In this document: in pieces, positions 52,990-64,000 of the stretch | How positions within the stretch are numbered: the first letter of the stretch is position 1 | How the letters are laid out: each line of letters opens with the position of its first letter | Source: Camelus ferus | Lineage: Eukaryota | Assembly: GCF_009834535.1 (NCBI RefSeq) | Contig: NC_045697.1 | Coordinates: 67,334,001-67,398,000, forward strand | DNA length: 64,000 nt | Direction of reading: 5' to 3' | The notes under the pieces: model-generated | What the model saw: only the letters and a program-made list of their open reading frames with translations | Told to the model about the DNA's origin: nothing | Database searches by the model: none | Program-made: the position numbers and the translations under genes

Positions 52990-54090
52990 GATCTGATAGA
53001 TAGTATCCTGACCAGAGTCACTAGCATGGAAATTCAAGGTCTTTCCTCATGTTTCCAGAACTAAGCTTATTTACAGATGCAGAGGCTCTCAACTGAGGAA
53101 AGACTGAATCCCTTTGCAGAAGGATCCTGCAACTTGGCCAGGTTTATGTTGTAGCTCTTCCTCCATCCAGTCCTCCACCAGAAAGGCCATTTATTAAAGT
53201 GACAGTTTATTTGAGAAAAGCAAACACCTAGATCTTCTGGGAGTTAGTAGAAACATGGTTCTGAGGTGATGCTAATGTCTGGGGATCCAAAACTCCACCA
53301 TGGTCCATGGTAGATTATGGTAGTATGGCAATAAATGGAGTCTTGACCCAGTGTGTTATAAAATAGGTCTAGCAGACCCACAGATATCCTATCATTGTTT
53401 TTTTGGTTCCTTATGCATATTTAAGATAGATAATTTAGCAACAGGATCTCCACTGACCTATGAAGTAATGATTATAAATAATGGAAGGAGGAGCCAAGTA
53501 TAAGTACCTGGAGTTGCCTCTTCCTACAAACTCATCAGTTTAGCGAACCAGCATTAATTCTGTTTCTGAGCGGGAGGGATTTTAGACATTAGTTTCACAG
53601 TAAAAACTTTGAAGACGCAGAGGTGGTGATTCCTATTATATCACCTCTTAATGTATCTGATTGATCTATGAAAAAGCTAAATGAGATTTTGAGAAAGACT
53701 GTGTATAATCACAGACTTAAATTTAATCAGATGGTAATAACAATTTCAACTATAAGTTTGTTTGTTTGTTTTTTTTTTTTTGGAGAAAATCAACGCAGTT
53801 CCTGACAGCTAGTATTTAACACTGACTTAGCAGACACTACACAATTCCATTTTAAAACGACATAGGCAGTCATTTGCTCTTACCCAGAAGTGGCAGCAGT
53901 GTCCTGAAATCTGCCATAATAGAGTCTGCAGGGCCCTTGGTGACCTTGATGGTCCAGAGAGCATCGCACTAGTCCTTATAGTAATGAAGGTATGCTAATG
54001 AGACCTGGGCATCAGGAGCCAGGCTTCTAGATGCCTTAGAAAGACAGGTGCTTGCCAGGGATTAAAAAATAAACTCTAAGAAAACTCAGA
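52990..54090 (+). pseudogene. Decayed ERVL internal gag/pro/pol remnant
   Basis: Plus strand resembles the ERVL protease region (GSE.MLM.GDPK..HHGP, INGVL.Q) followed by an RT-start-like region. Many stops and indels. Confidence 0.65.
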
Positions 54091-54092
54091 GG

Positions 54093-54175
54093 TGGTATTA
54101 GTCAGGAGTCTCCAGAGCAACAGAGCTAACAGGATATATATCCAGAAGAGAGAGAGATTTATTTTAAGAAATTGA
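54093..54175 (-). mobile_element. MLT2 LTR 3'-end fragment
   Basis: GTATTAGTCAGGAGTCTCCAGAGCAACAGAGCTAACAGGATATATA...GAGATTTATTTTAAGAAATTG. Confidence 0.7.
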
Positions 54176-54409
54176 TTGGTTACCCTGGATGGCTGGTCAT
54201 TTTTTTGTTGATTCCGTTAAATCTATCCCTTTAAATATTGTTTCACTGAAGTCTTTACAGTTAAACCATCTGAGCTGAAGTCTGTTTCCTGCAAGACCCA
54301 GATCTAGAGAGTATGTCTGTCTGTCTGTCTGTCTATCTATGTCTCATCCAGGCCCAGTATTGAAATGGGAATTTGTAAGGCAGTCAGTGAATATTTGTTG
54401 ACTGATAAT

Positions 54410-54600
54410 TATCATAACAACCACCATTTATTAAGCCTGAACTACTCAGGCTAGGCATTCCACATTTATTTCATTTTAATCCTCATATTAACCCTAAAAG
54501 GGTGTTACAGACAAGAACAGAGACTCAAAAAGGTTAGCTGGGTAAGGTGAAACAACTAGTAAATAGTGGCATAGGAATTTGTACCTAGATCTTTCTGTAA
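54410..54600 (-). mobile_element. MIR SINE
   Basis: ACCATTTATTAAGC...TCATTTTAATCCTCA..AACCCT...TTACAGACAAGAACAGAGACTCA...CTAGTAAATAGTGGC. Confidence 0.7.
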
Positions 54601-55789
54601 TAATATTTCACCATAGATAATAAAAACTCATTTATTTTCTTTTTATTAATTTTGAGGTAGGTATTTTAAATAAACAAAAAATTTCACTCTTTTCTGCATG
54701 ATGTACTTAACACATATGCAAGAAGGTCTAATTCCATTCTTTTGTGAACACACAATCCTTTTGCCCCCAACTTGCAACACAATGTAAGTGATGCCCAGGA
54801 TTTGACATACTGTCCCCAAATTAGTACCATTAATTCACTGCGATTGAAAAGGTAGCATTTAGAGCCACTTCACTGGTATACTTGCTTCACAAAAGGAATT
54901 TGTTTTGTATTGGAAGAAATATATTGTACCTGCCTCTTGAGAAATCTCTTAGAATTTTTTAATACCACCACTAAAAGTAGAGAAAGAGCCAATATGATTT
55001 TTAAAACAGGAGAATATTGTTGGTACACCACCATCTGGCTCTAAAACTTCTGGGGAAGAATAAGACCTATTTTCTGACTTGATGTGGGAAATCTAGTATC
55101 ATGATTCCAAAATATATCCAGTCCCTTCCTATTGACTGTTAGTTTATTTGAAACACAGTAATAATTGTTAGGTGTACTAAGTGTTAAAAGCTATTCCATA
55201 GCTGCTGTCTTGCCACATGATACAGTAGATGGTCATGAGTTAGAAATGGAATAAAATCACCATACCACTATCTCAGTTCCTAAGTAGTAAAATCACAGTG
55301 TAGAGATCAGGACCGTGTCTTTAGCTTCTCAGACCTGAGAAGATCAAATGGGGAACTGACAATAAAATGTTCATTTTTTTCCCTGAAGACCTCAATCCAT
55401 GTTTCCACCAGGGTGATAGATTAAATTATGTCCTGAAAGACATAAATGGCGTCTATGTAAGAAGCTGCAAAACAGTCAATTTTGAGTTGAATACCCCACA
55501 ATCAGCAAGCCTGTTTGATCAGAGGACCCACTTAATGAGCCATTAGCCATGCTTTACTCTGTTTAAACTTAATCTAAGTTCTGCTTTTCTCTTCTTCCAT
55601 TTTATATACTCTTGATAACTTTATTTTTAAGAAAGGAGTTGCACTTCTGTTTGCAGTTTCTTCCTTGTCTGAGCAAAAGTTTGAAATAAATTCAGCTTTT
55701 TTTCTTAATATTTACTATATTGTGATTTCCACTAATATAACAAACACAGAATTACAGATGAATGTCAATGCATGTGGGTGAAATGACTT

Positions 55790-56735
55790 GTTTCAGGTTA
55801 GGGAGCAACTCAGAAACAAAATCAAGGAAATTGCTGAAAGTAAGGAAATACTCAAAAGCAAAAGGACGGTAACAAGTCAAAGGGATGTGGGAGACAATGT
55901 GAAAGTACTTCTTACGGCCAAAATAAAAAAACATATTATTATACACCACAGTAAAAAATGAATTCCCCGCAAATTAAATATATATCAAATGACCAAATAA
56001 CTAAGTGAGGAAGAAGAGACAAATTTCCTATACAGAAGAATTACAAATAATTTATGTACACTTATTACCCACACTCTCCAGGAGATGGAAACTGACACCC
56101 TATACCTCCCCTTCCTGCTACAGTGTGGACTGTGTTTAGTAACTTGCTGCCAAAAAAGAAAGTACGAAAACAGTTAAGAAGCAAAGTATCACTTTACAGT
56201 GGAGTATGCTGGCAATACTACCTTGACCAGGTGATCAGGGTGAATGTCATAAGTGATAAGTAATGTATCTTTGATATGATGGCACTTCACTTCTGTGGTC
56301 TTCCTCTAAAAAATCCTGTAACCCTAGTCTAAAAATGAGGAGAAAAATCAGACAAACCCAAACTGAGGGACATTCTTCAAAATATCTCACCAGTACTACT
56401 TAAAACTGTTAAGGTAATCAAAATCGAGGAAAATATGACAAATTGTCACACATCAGAAGAGACATGATGACTAAATGTAACGTGCTATCCTGAATGGGGT
56501 CCTGGAATAGAAAAGGACCTGAGGAAAAACTGGTGAATTCCAAATGAAGTGTAGAGTTTAGGTGTTAATCAGATACCAATATTAACTCCTTAGTTAAGAC
56601 AAATATTCCATCGTAGTTTAAGATATTAACAATAGGGGTATCTGAGCAAGGGGCATGCATCTCTCTATACTATCGTTGAAACTTTTTGTGAAGATAAAAC
56701 TAATATAAAATTAAAGGTTTATTTTAAAAAATCAG
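55790..56735 (+). mobile_element. Old L1 (L1MC-type) 3' UTR
   Basis: ACTTTACAGTGGAG...CTACCTTGACCAGGTGATCA, CAGACAAACCCAAACTGAGGGACATTC and GACATGATGACTAAATGTAA..GTGCTATCCTG. Confidence 0.75.
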
Positions 56736-57575
56736 AAAAAAATCAAAGAGATTACTAGAAGTCTCTACAGTCCTAACCAAATTTTTATTATTAGAAGGTT
56801 TTTAAAAATGTATTAATGAGTAAACTCTTTACACGTTCCCAGCAGATTCTAGTATTAGAAAAAATATTTATAGCATGAAGTATGTGAAACAGCACTCAGC
56901 ATATTGCCTTGTATAAAGAAAACTCTTAAATATTTATCAATTGATTGAATAGGATCGTGAATTATTTTTCTCCTTTGCTTAACATACTTACTACTTTGTT
57001 TAGTTTCTTATGTAATAAGTAGTTGGATATAAGTGAGAGGCTTTTTTAAAATATGGAAATTTTAATACCTAAAAACCATACTAGTAAGAATCAGTAAATA
57101 ATATAGTAGGTTAGTCATCCAGTGAAGTAACTCATCCTATGAAAAGGTTGCTCAGTTTATCCTAGAGATTTGAGAAAGGTCTGCCTAATCAAGGTGATTG
57201 CAGAGTAGGCTCAGGAGTGCATAACTGGAATTGTTATGAAAGAAAAATAGGTGGATCAATGACATTAACGTTCCTGAAGATAGCACAGTTAGTCAAAGTG
57301 TGAAGAAAGGGGACTCTGAGAAGAAGAATTTGTCAGCATTTCCCCAGCACTCTCCACGGGATGCCTCAGGCTGTCACAGCTTGAAGTCATTACTATTAGG
57401 TTCATTCAACTAACTCTCCTTGCTCTGATTAATTTTATTTCCCTTGTAGATTTTTTTTAGTAGAAAGGGAATACTCTAGGGTTACTTTGCTAGTTATAGT
57501 TCCTGTGGTAAATTCATAGATTTGCATTTGCATTCTGGTTTATTCACTAGTTTCTTAGGCATTTGGTTAACCTAG

Positions 57576-57612
<37 letters not shown>

Positions 57613-58299
57613 TTGCCAAATAGGTATAATGTTGTTACCTACCTTAAATACTAGTCTTGAAATTAAAATAAGTAACAAAATGCATAGCTTGTGCTTAGTA
57701 AAATGCCTTCTATAAACAACCATTAATTCTTGAGCTGTACTGTTGATATTATAATTGTTTTGTTTTAGTGGTTACTGGATCTCTTTCAATCTCCATCCTG
57801 AATTTGAGCCATTCTGACGAAATTTAATTCTTTAACCTGAAAATCTGAGAATTAGATAATGGTTCAGTTACTCTCTGATAGAATGCAAGCTTGCTCGGCC
57901 TGCCTGAGCAGCAGATTGGCTTCCCTCATACCTCTGTTTCTAGTCTCACTTTCAACATCAGCACCCGAGGATCATATACACATACAACAGCTAGTAGCCG
58001 GTAGAGAGACTACTGTATAGGGATCTCTTAATTCATCACTGAAATGAGGCACCTCTAGAGTAGGATATAAAAATTATTTAGCCAGCTGATTTAGCAGCTG
58101 TGATAAATGGTGTGTGTGATTTAAACTTGAGTAAAATTGTGTTTAATTGAAAATTTGGCCACTATATGAAATTTTCACTGCAAAGATTAGTGCATTGAAG
58201 TCTGCCAAGGGTGCCAAAAATGTGGGAGAAAGACACACTTAAGTTAATATTTCATGAAGCAGTCAGTGTTTTATAAAATAGAGTTCTGGAAAATGTTCC

Positions 58300-58457
58300 A
58301 GGACCATGTTCATCAGAATCACCTGGGGCATATGTTAAATTGTAGATCCCTTGCCCTCAAAAAAGTTCTTTTGGACCAGAATCTCCCTATGGGGAATCCA
58401 GGAATTTTCAAGGTTCATGGGTAATTCTTACACACCCTACAGTCTGAGAACCTGGTT
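58300..58457. mobile_element. MER5-type hAT MITE remnant
   Basis: CATCAGAATCACCTGGGG...GTTAAA...CCAGAATCTC...GGTAATTCTTA...AGTCTGAGAACC. Confidence 0.6.
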
Positions 58458-58779
58458 TTGCTTTATAAATTAAGAGAAAGCATTTTGTAACCAATGTGGT
58501 GACAGATTTTATTCACAGTGTTCACCCCTTTCCAGAAGTCTTGAGTTTAAAACTTAGGCAAAAAGAGGGACACTCTCATGCTTAAGTATTGTGCCTCCCT
58601 AATCAACATTTATAATGAGGTATTTTTAGAATATGTTTTGTAAACTAAAAATTGTACTTTGCATTTTTAAATAATGGGGGTTTTAATTACAAAAGACTTT
58701 GGTTCAGAAAGTTTAGCCAATTTGCATATAAAAGGGTTTCTAGATGCATAGCAATTCTGCTAAACCTAATTTTTTTGTT

Positions 58780-58841
58780 TCATGTTTTCATTTGTCAGAA
58801 TCCTTCTATATCATGTTTTCATTTGTCAGAATCCTTCTATA
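58780..58841. repeat. Perfect tandem duplication, 2 x 31 bp
   Basis: TCATGTTTTCATTTGTCAGAATCCTTCTATA occurs twice (58780-58810, 58811-58841). Confidence 0.97.
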
Positions 58842-61070
58842 TATGAGGTTGTTTTTCTTTTGATAAACATTTTATGGAACACTTACAGAATCAAGCTATT
58901 AAGCTTAACCTCACCAGCTCTCTGGATTGGATTAATTTTCTCAAATTTGCTTTGCTCGGGGTCAAATATTTGCAGTTTGGTGATATTTGTATGAACCCGG
59001 ATATGCAGTTGTTTTTGCAACATTCACAAAACATATCCTACAGAAAATACACCAGCCTGGTTTACTTGCAATTAAATGTTTGTTCTAACACCAATCCAGT
59101 GGAACCCATTGCAACAGTAAGACAGTGGGAACAGGCATGAAAATGATTTCCCTCTGATCACACCGAAGGAATAGAACTTTGAATCAGAGAAGCCTATGTA
59201 TTACCTGTATGAATATGAGTACATTCTATGGACTTTCTGAGCCTCCAATTACCTACCTATAAAATGGGTTGATCAAATAAGATAATAATATTTGTAAAAT
59301 ACCTGTCACATACCAGCTAAACAGAGAACAGTAGCCAAAAGGAAAAAGAAAGAAGCCTGAAAATAATAGAACCTAGATAAGAGGAGGCTGCAACTTCTGG
59401 GACTTTACTTCGTAGACATGATGCAGAACTCTTCATTTTGAAAACTGGACATCCAGACTCTTAGAACTGGAACTATATAAAAGAGAAGAAGAAAAGAATA
59501 AAAGTCTCATTTTGTGGCACAGCTAGAACTCATAGTAATTTTGTGATTTTTGAATTGTAAAGTGAATAAGAATGTTATTTACTTCAAGAATCGTCTCCAT
59601 TGTACCATGGTTGAATGAATCTAGAATTCTTAATAAAGGCACTGTGCTGTAAGAAGTATCTCTTGATGCCGCTGACCTTATATTTCCTGTTAGTTTTTAT
59701 TCTTTGACTTCACATTTCCTGTCTTCCCCCTTTACACGTAATGAATAAAAATTGTTTCTACATTTTATATTATGATGCACATTATCATTTCTTATTTAAC
59801 ATTTTTATTTTCACAAGAGAACAAAATGCCATTTTCCATGAAGAACAGGAAGAACTAAGGAATTTTAAGCTTTAAAAATCCTTAGAAATCCTTATAGCTA
59901 TTAGAATGATTACTGTGCCTTCTCAAAGAAAGCCATTTTAAGGGAAAGGGCCTTTTAACCTTCTCCTCATAACACAGTGATAACAGTTACCTAATGAAAC
60001 ATGTTAATATAATTGGATTGATGACTTTAGCTTTTGCAAAGTAAGGACGAGTGAAAGGTAATATTTTTATGAACTAGTGCTCTTTTTATAGCATTTTTTA
60101 AAAAATCTGTGTATCCCCCTTAACTCAGATGCAAAGAGACTAGAGAACCCACTCAGAATAGGTGTGCAGTGCTTGGAAAGAGGTTTAACATATCAAAAAT
60201 AGAAAAAAGTCATTTGATTTGATAACTGGTAAAAATATAAATTAGAATAAAAGTTATTTTTAATATAGAAAAACCTGTTAACCCATACTGGAAAATGGGC
60301 ATGTAATCTTAGATAGAGTGAGAATAGAAGAAGGAACCAGTGGGACTCTGAGAAGAAAAAAAAATACTCTGGAAAAACTTCATGAAAAAATACTCTCTCG
60401 GAGATTTGGATTAGAAAACTTTGTCTTCCAGTTTTTCCATTTTGTTTTTATTACACGTTTATACACATACTTCATTCTAATACTTATTTCCTTAGGTTTC
60501 CGTAACTAAATTTATTACACTAAAGAAAAATTTAAAGCTGTTTCTGTACATCACTATGAAGAGTGTTTATTTGTTGGTGGAAAACTGTTGCCAAAGTTCT
60601 TACCAACATAAAGTCTGAGAATGCCTGTCTGACTCTGTAACTATTAATATTTAGCATTACTATTCAAAAGTTACTGTAAATTAGATGAGTAAAAATTTCC
60701 TCTCCTTTTTTCTAAGTTTATTTGATTACTAATGAAACATCATATATTTATTTGTTATGTACAGTTCTGTGAATTTTTTGTTTATGAGCAATGCCTACTT
60801 TTCAGTTTGAGAATTAACATTTGTTTTTATGAATCTCTATCATTCAAAATTGTTGCACATGTCTTCTCAAGTTTGTCATTTGCCACTTAAAGTAGTTCTG
60901 ATACTTTTTAACACATGTGTAATGTTTTATGAATTTAAATATTCTCGTTGGTAAATAGGTTAACTGTCAAAATACAAATTCTGTTAAGACACAGATTTGA
61001 CTGTCTTGTGCTCTGCTATATCTCCAGCACCTATCATGTGCCTACCAGCCAGGAGATTCTCAGTAAATAT

Positions 61071-61220
61071 ATATTGTTAAAAAAAATTTGGGAGGGGTAA
61101 TTAGGTTTATTTATTTTCATTTATTTATATTTTTATCTTTTTAACGGAGGTACTGAGGTTTGAACCCAAGACCTCGTAAATGCTAAGTGCACACCCTACC
61201 ACTGAGCTAAACCCTCCCCC
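61071..61220 (-). mobile_element. tRNA-derived SINE, Vic-1-like (camelid), inserted into an L2 3' end
   Basis: Minus strand GGGGGAGGGTTTAGCTCAGTGGTAG (Pol III A box)...GGGTTCAAACC (B box)...AT-rich...CCTAATTACCCC. TSD CTCAGTAAATAT at 61059-61070 and 61223-61234. Confidence 0.88.
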
Positions 61221-61602
61221 TACTCAGTAAATATTTTTAAGTAAATGAACATTTGTAGGTATAACAGGTTTTGTTATTCATAATTCTGGCAAAAGTAGGA
61301 TTCTGGGGAAAAGTAACTAATAGTTTCCTTATCGTTCATCTCTTTATTTTACTCTTAGAAATCCTTAATTATAATATAAGCATTTTGAAATAAATTACTG
61401 TGTTTTACAAATGTCTGTATAGATGAGATAGCTTAATATAGGGCCTTTCTATACATATTTATTGACCTGTATTGAGTGCAAAGAAGAAAAAAAATCCAGT
61501 CAAATAGAAAAATATTTCTTCCTCAAATATTTATTTTTTTATCAAAATTCCTATTTTTAATAGTTATTTACTGATTGTCTATTCTGTAGTAATCATGAAA
61601 AT

Positions 61603-62610
61603 TGTGAGGTAACAGAAAAAATAAATTTACCTCTGCCCTCATTTCCTGGCACCAAACTCCTAAAATCCTTATAATTTCCTTAGTAATAAGAACACTAGGA
61701 ACATTTCTTGGTTGCATATTTGTGTTTGATTCTGTCCCTAACATTAGGTTCCTAAAAACCCTTGTAACTTCTAATGTGATAAGAGAATTAAGAGCATCTT
61801 TTATTCTAATGAGGTGACTCTGGGTGGGCTGCTGGATGGCTCCTGGATGAGAGCTGATCAGCAGAAAGACCAAGCCATGATTAGAAATTTGGGATTCTCA
61901 GCCCTACCTACCAAATCTCTTGAAGGAAGAAGGGATGAAAATAGAGTTAATTGTTCTATCATGCCTATGTGATGAAGCCTCCATAAAATCCCTAAACTGT
62001 GGGGTTCAGGGAGCTTCCAGGTTGGTGAACACGTGACGATGCCAGGAGAGTGAGATGCCTGGAGAGAGCATGGACGCTCCATTCCCCTTCCCACTTACCT
62101 TGCCCTGTGAGTCTTTTCAACTGCATGTTCAGCTGTGTCCTTGATCACATTCTTTGTAATAAACTGGTAAACATAAGCAAATATTTCCCTAAGTCCTATG
62201 AGCTACTCTAGCAAATTAATTGAAGCCAAAGCGAGAGGAGGTCATGGGAACCTCCACTTTGTAGCCAAGTCAGACAGAAGTTGTGGCTAACTTGAGAACC
62301 TACTACTTGCAACTGACATCTGAAGGGAAGTAGGGAATTGGATTGTCCTGTGGGGCTGAGCCCTTAACCTGTGGGATCTGACACTGCCTCCAGGAAGACA
62401 GTGTCAGAATTGAGTTAAATTGTAGGATACCAAGCTGGCATCAGAGAATTGCTTGGTGGGGGAAAAAGCTCCACACATTTGGTGATCAGAAGTGACGTGC
62501 TCTATGTGAGTAGTAAAGGAGACACACAGAGGGAAAACACACAGTGGAGAAGGACTGGGTTTTTCCCTACATAGAAAAGGAAAAAAAAAATCTGAGTTTT
62601 TCCTTTATAG
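61603..62610 (+). mobile_element. MER21-like ERV solo LTR
   Basis: TTCCTGGCAC..AACTCCTAAAA.CCTT, AGAAAGACCAAGCCATGATTAGA, GGGTTCAGGGAGCTTCCAGGTTGGTGAACAC, AATAAACTGGTAAACATAAG and GAGCCCTTAACCTGTGGGATCTGAC. Confidence 0.82.
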
Positions 62611-63199
62611 AAGTTTTACTGATTTACCAGTAAGAATATTTGAGAGGCAGGCAATGCTAACAAATTTTGGCTATCAGACAAAAAGAAAATTTGCTAGAAG
62701 TGCATCAAGAGAACATAGAATAAACAAACTGAAGTTATAGGACTAGGACTGAAAGATAATTAGTAACCAGGGTTGCCCAAAACAGTAACCAAGGCTGCGT
62801 AAGAGCTTACATTGACACAAAATTTTGGTCATGATGATGTTACAATTCCTAAGGGATATCATTGCTGATTCTATAAAATAGATTCTGACTCTCCCTTGTC
62901 TCTGTATCATTAAACCAAGATTCAAAGATGAGAATACAGACATCTTATTGGCCAAATCTAGGACAAACATTTCACCCTGATTTTCAGAGAACAGGAAGAA
63001 GAATTTTCTTCAGCCTCAACCAGTTTTCATCTTGTACTGCCTCCTGAAAGATTGTGCACAGTGAGGCATTTACTAAACTGGGGGTTAACTGGAAGCTGCA
63101 GATGAAAATTACAAATATCCTAGATAAATAGAAATGTTGAACCAAACAAATACAAATTTTTCCTTATATCTTGCCATCTGGAAGAAGAAAAACTATATA

Positions 63200-63500
63200 A
63201 ACATATCAGGATTTTTTTCAATTTCAAGTGACAGAAATCCAGCTCATACTACTTCATAATACAAAGGAATTCATCAGTTAACTTACCTAAAAAGTCTAGG
63301 GTTATGTCTGGCTTCAAATGGCACTGGATCCATTCCAAATAGTGTGCTATGGATTGGTTCCTCCATCTCTATCTCTAGGTTCTAATTTTTCTCACAAGTT
63401 AATTTTCAGGCAGCCACTTACCCCACAGGGTAGGAAAGCTGCTTCTTCCGGAGCCTCATTGAAAAAAAGTATTCCACTTTGAAATCCCAGAGGATCCAAT
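63200..63500 (-). mobile_element. Old MLT1 (MLT1K/L-like) LTR remnant
   Basis: TCAAGTGACAGAAATCCAGCTCA...AAAAAGTCTAGGG...TGGCTTCA...CTGGATCCA. Confidence 0.5.
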
Positions 63501-63659
63501 GCTGGAGAACTGACATGAAAGACATAGAAAGAATAAACAACCCAGAGGGATCTTTCCACATTTCTAGAAGTGATAATTATGTAGGTCAATAAGAAAATCC
63601 TGATGGAAAGTCCCCAATATTGAAGATAGATAGAAAAAAGCCCAGTCTTTATTTTAAAG

Positions 63660-64000
63660 TGTTTATTGAACTGAAAAACATTAATTTATACATCCAAGCT
63701 CAATGATACTCACTTTAAAATAATACAAAGAGATACATAGATACATTATTATCAAACTGTTGAAAGACAAAGACAAAATGAAAATCTTTAAATCAGCAAG
63801 AGAAAAATGACTTAATGCATACAAGGGATTTGCAGTAAGAATATTGCTTACTTCTCAGCAGAAACAATGGGGGCTAGAAAGTAGTGGAATGATATAGTCA
63901 AAGGCCTGAGAAAAAAAACAAACAAAACAACAACAACAAAGAAAACAAAATAAAACTATCAACCAAGAATTCTGTATTCAGCAAAAACTATGCTTCAAAA
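63660..64000 (+). mobile_element. Old L1 ORF1 region, runs off the window
   Basis: Decayed ORF1p coding sequence: IIIKLLKDKDKMKIFKSAREK..., FSAETMGARK.WNDI and QPRILYSAK. Confidence 0.8.

Noticed and set aside
20631..58841. 31-bp direct repeats as CRISPR repeats
   Set aside because: Each has only two adjacent copies without a spacer, the units are unrelated, and there are no cas genes.
61150..61220. tRNA gene on the minus strand
   Set aside because: A and B boxes are present, but the sequence continues into a SINE body and tail with a TSD.

Overview
AT-rich mammalian genomic DNA, probably intronic or intergenic. It is probably from a camelid, judged from a Vic-1-like tRNA SINE and the L1 3' UTR type. 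No host protein-coding gene is recognisable, and all long ORFs derive from retrotransposons or transposons. The window holds a near full-length Tigger1, two young LINE-1 copies with target-site duplications (TSDs), a near full-length old L1MB-type element, solo LTRs (LTR40, LTR16, MER21, MER34, MLT1, MLT2), ERVL pro-pol remnants and L2/MIR/MER5 fragments. The most notable observations are four. (1) A 388-bp tract is about 99.5% identical between two otherwise clearly diverged, inverted L1 copies about 32 kb apart, suggesting ectopic gene conversion. (2) A 1.9-kb TSD-flanked, poly(A)-tailed non-L1 insert carrying older repeats sits inside the L1MB, suggesting a retrocopied transcript. (3) A twin-primed L1 splits ORF2 almost without loss into divergent endonuclease and RT ORFs. 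(4) Three unrelated tandem duplications all have a 31-bp unit. Repeat family names come from recalled consensus sequences, not a database search, and boundaries of old repeats are approximate.
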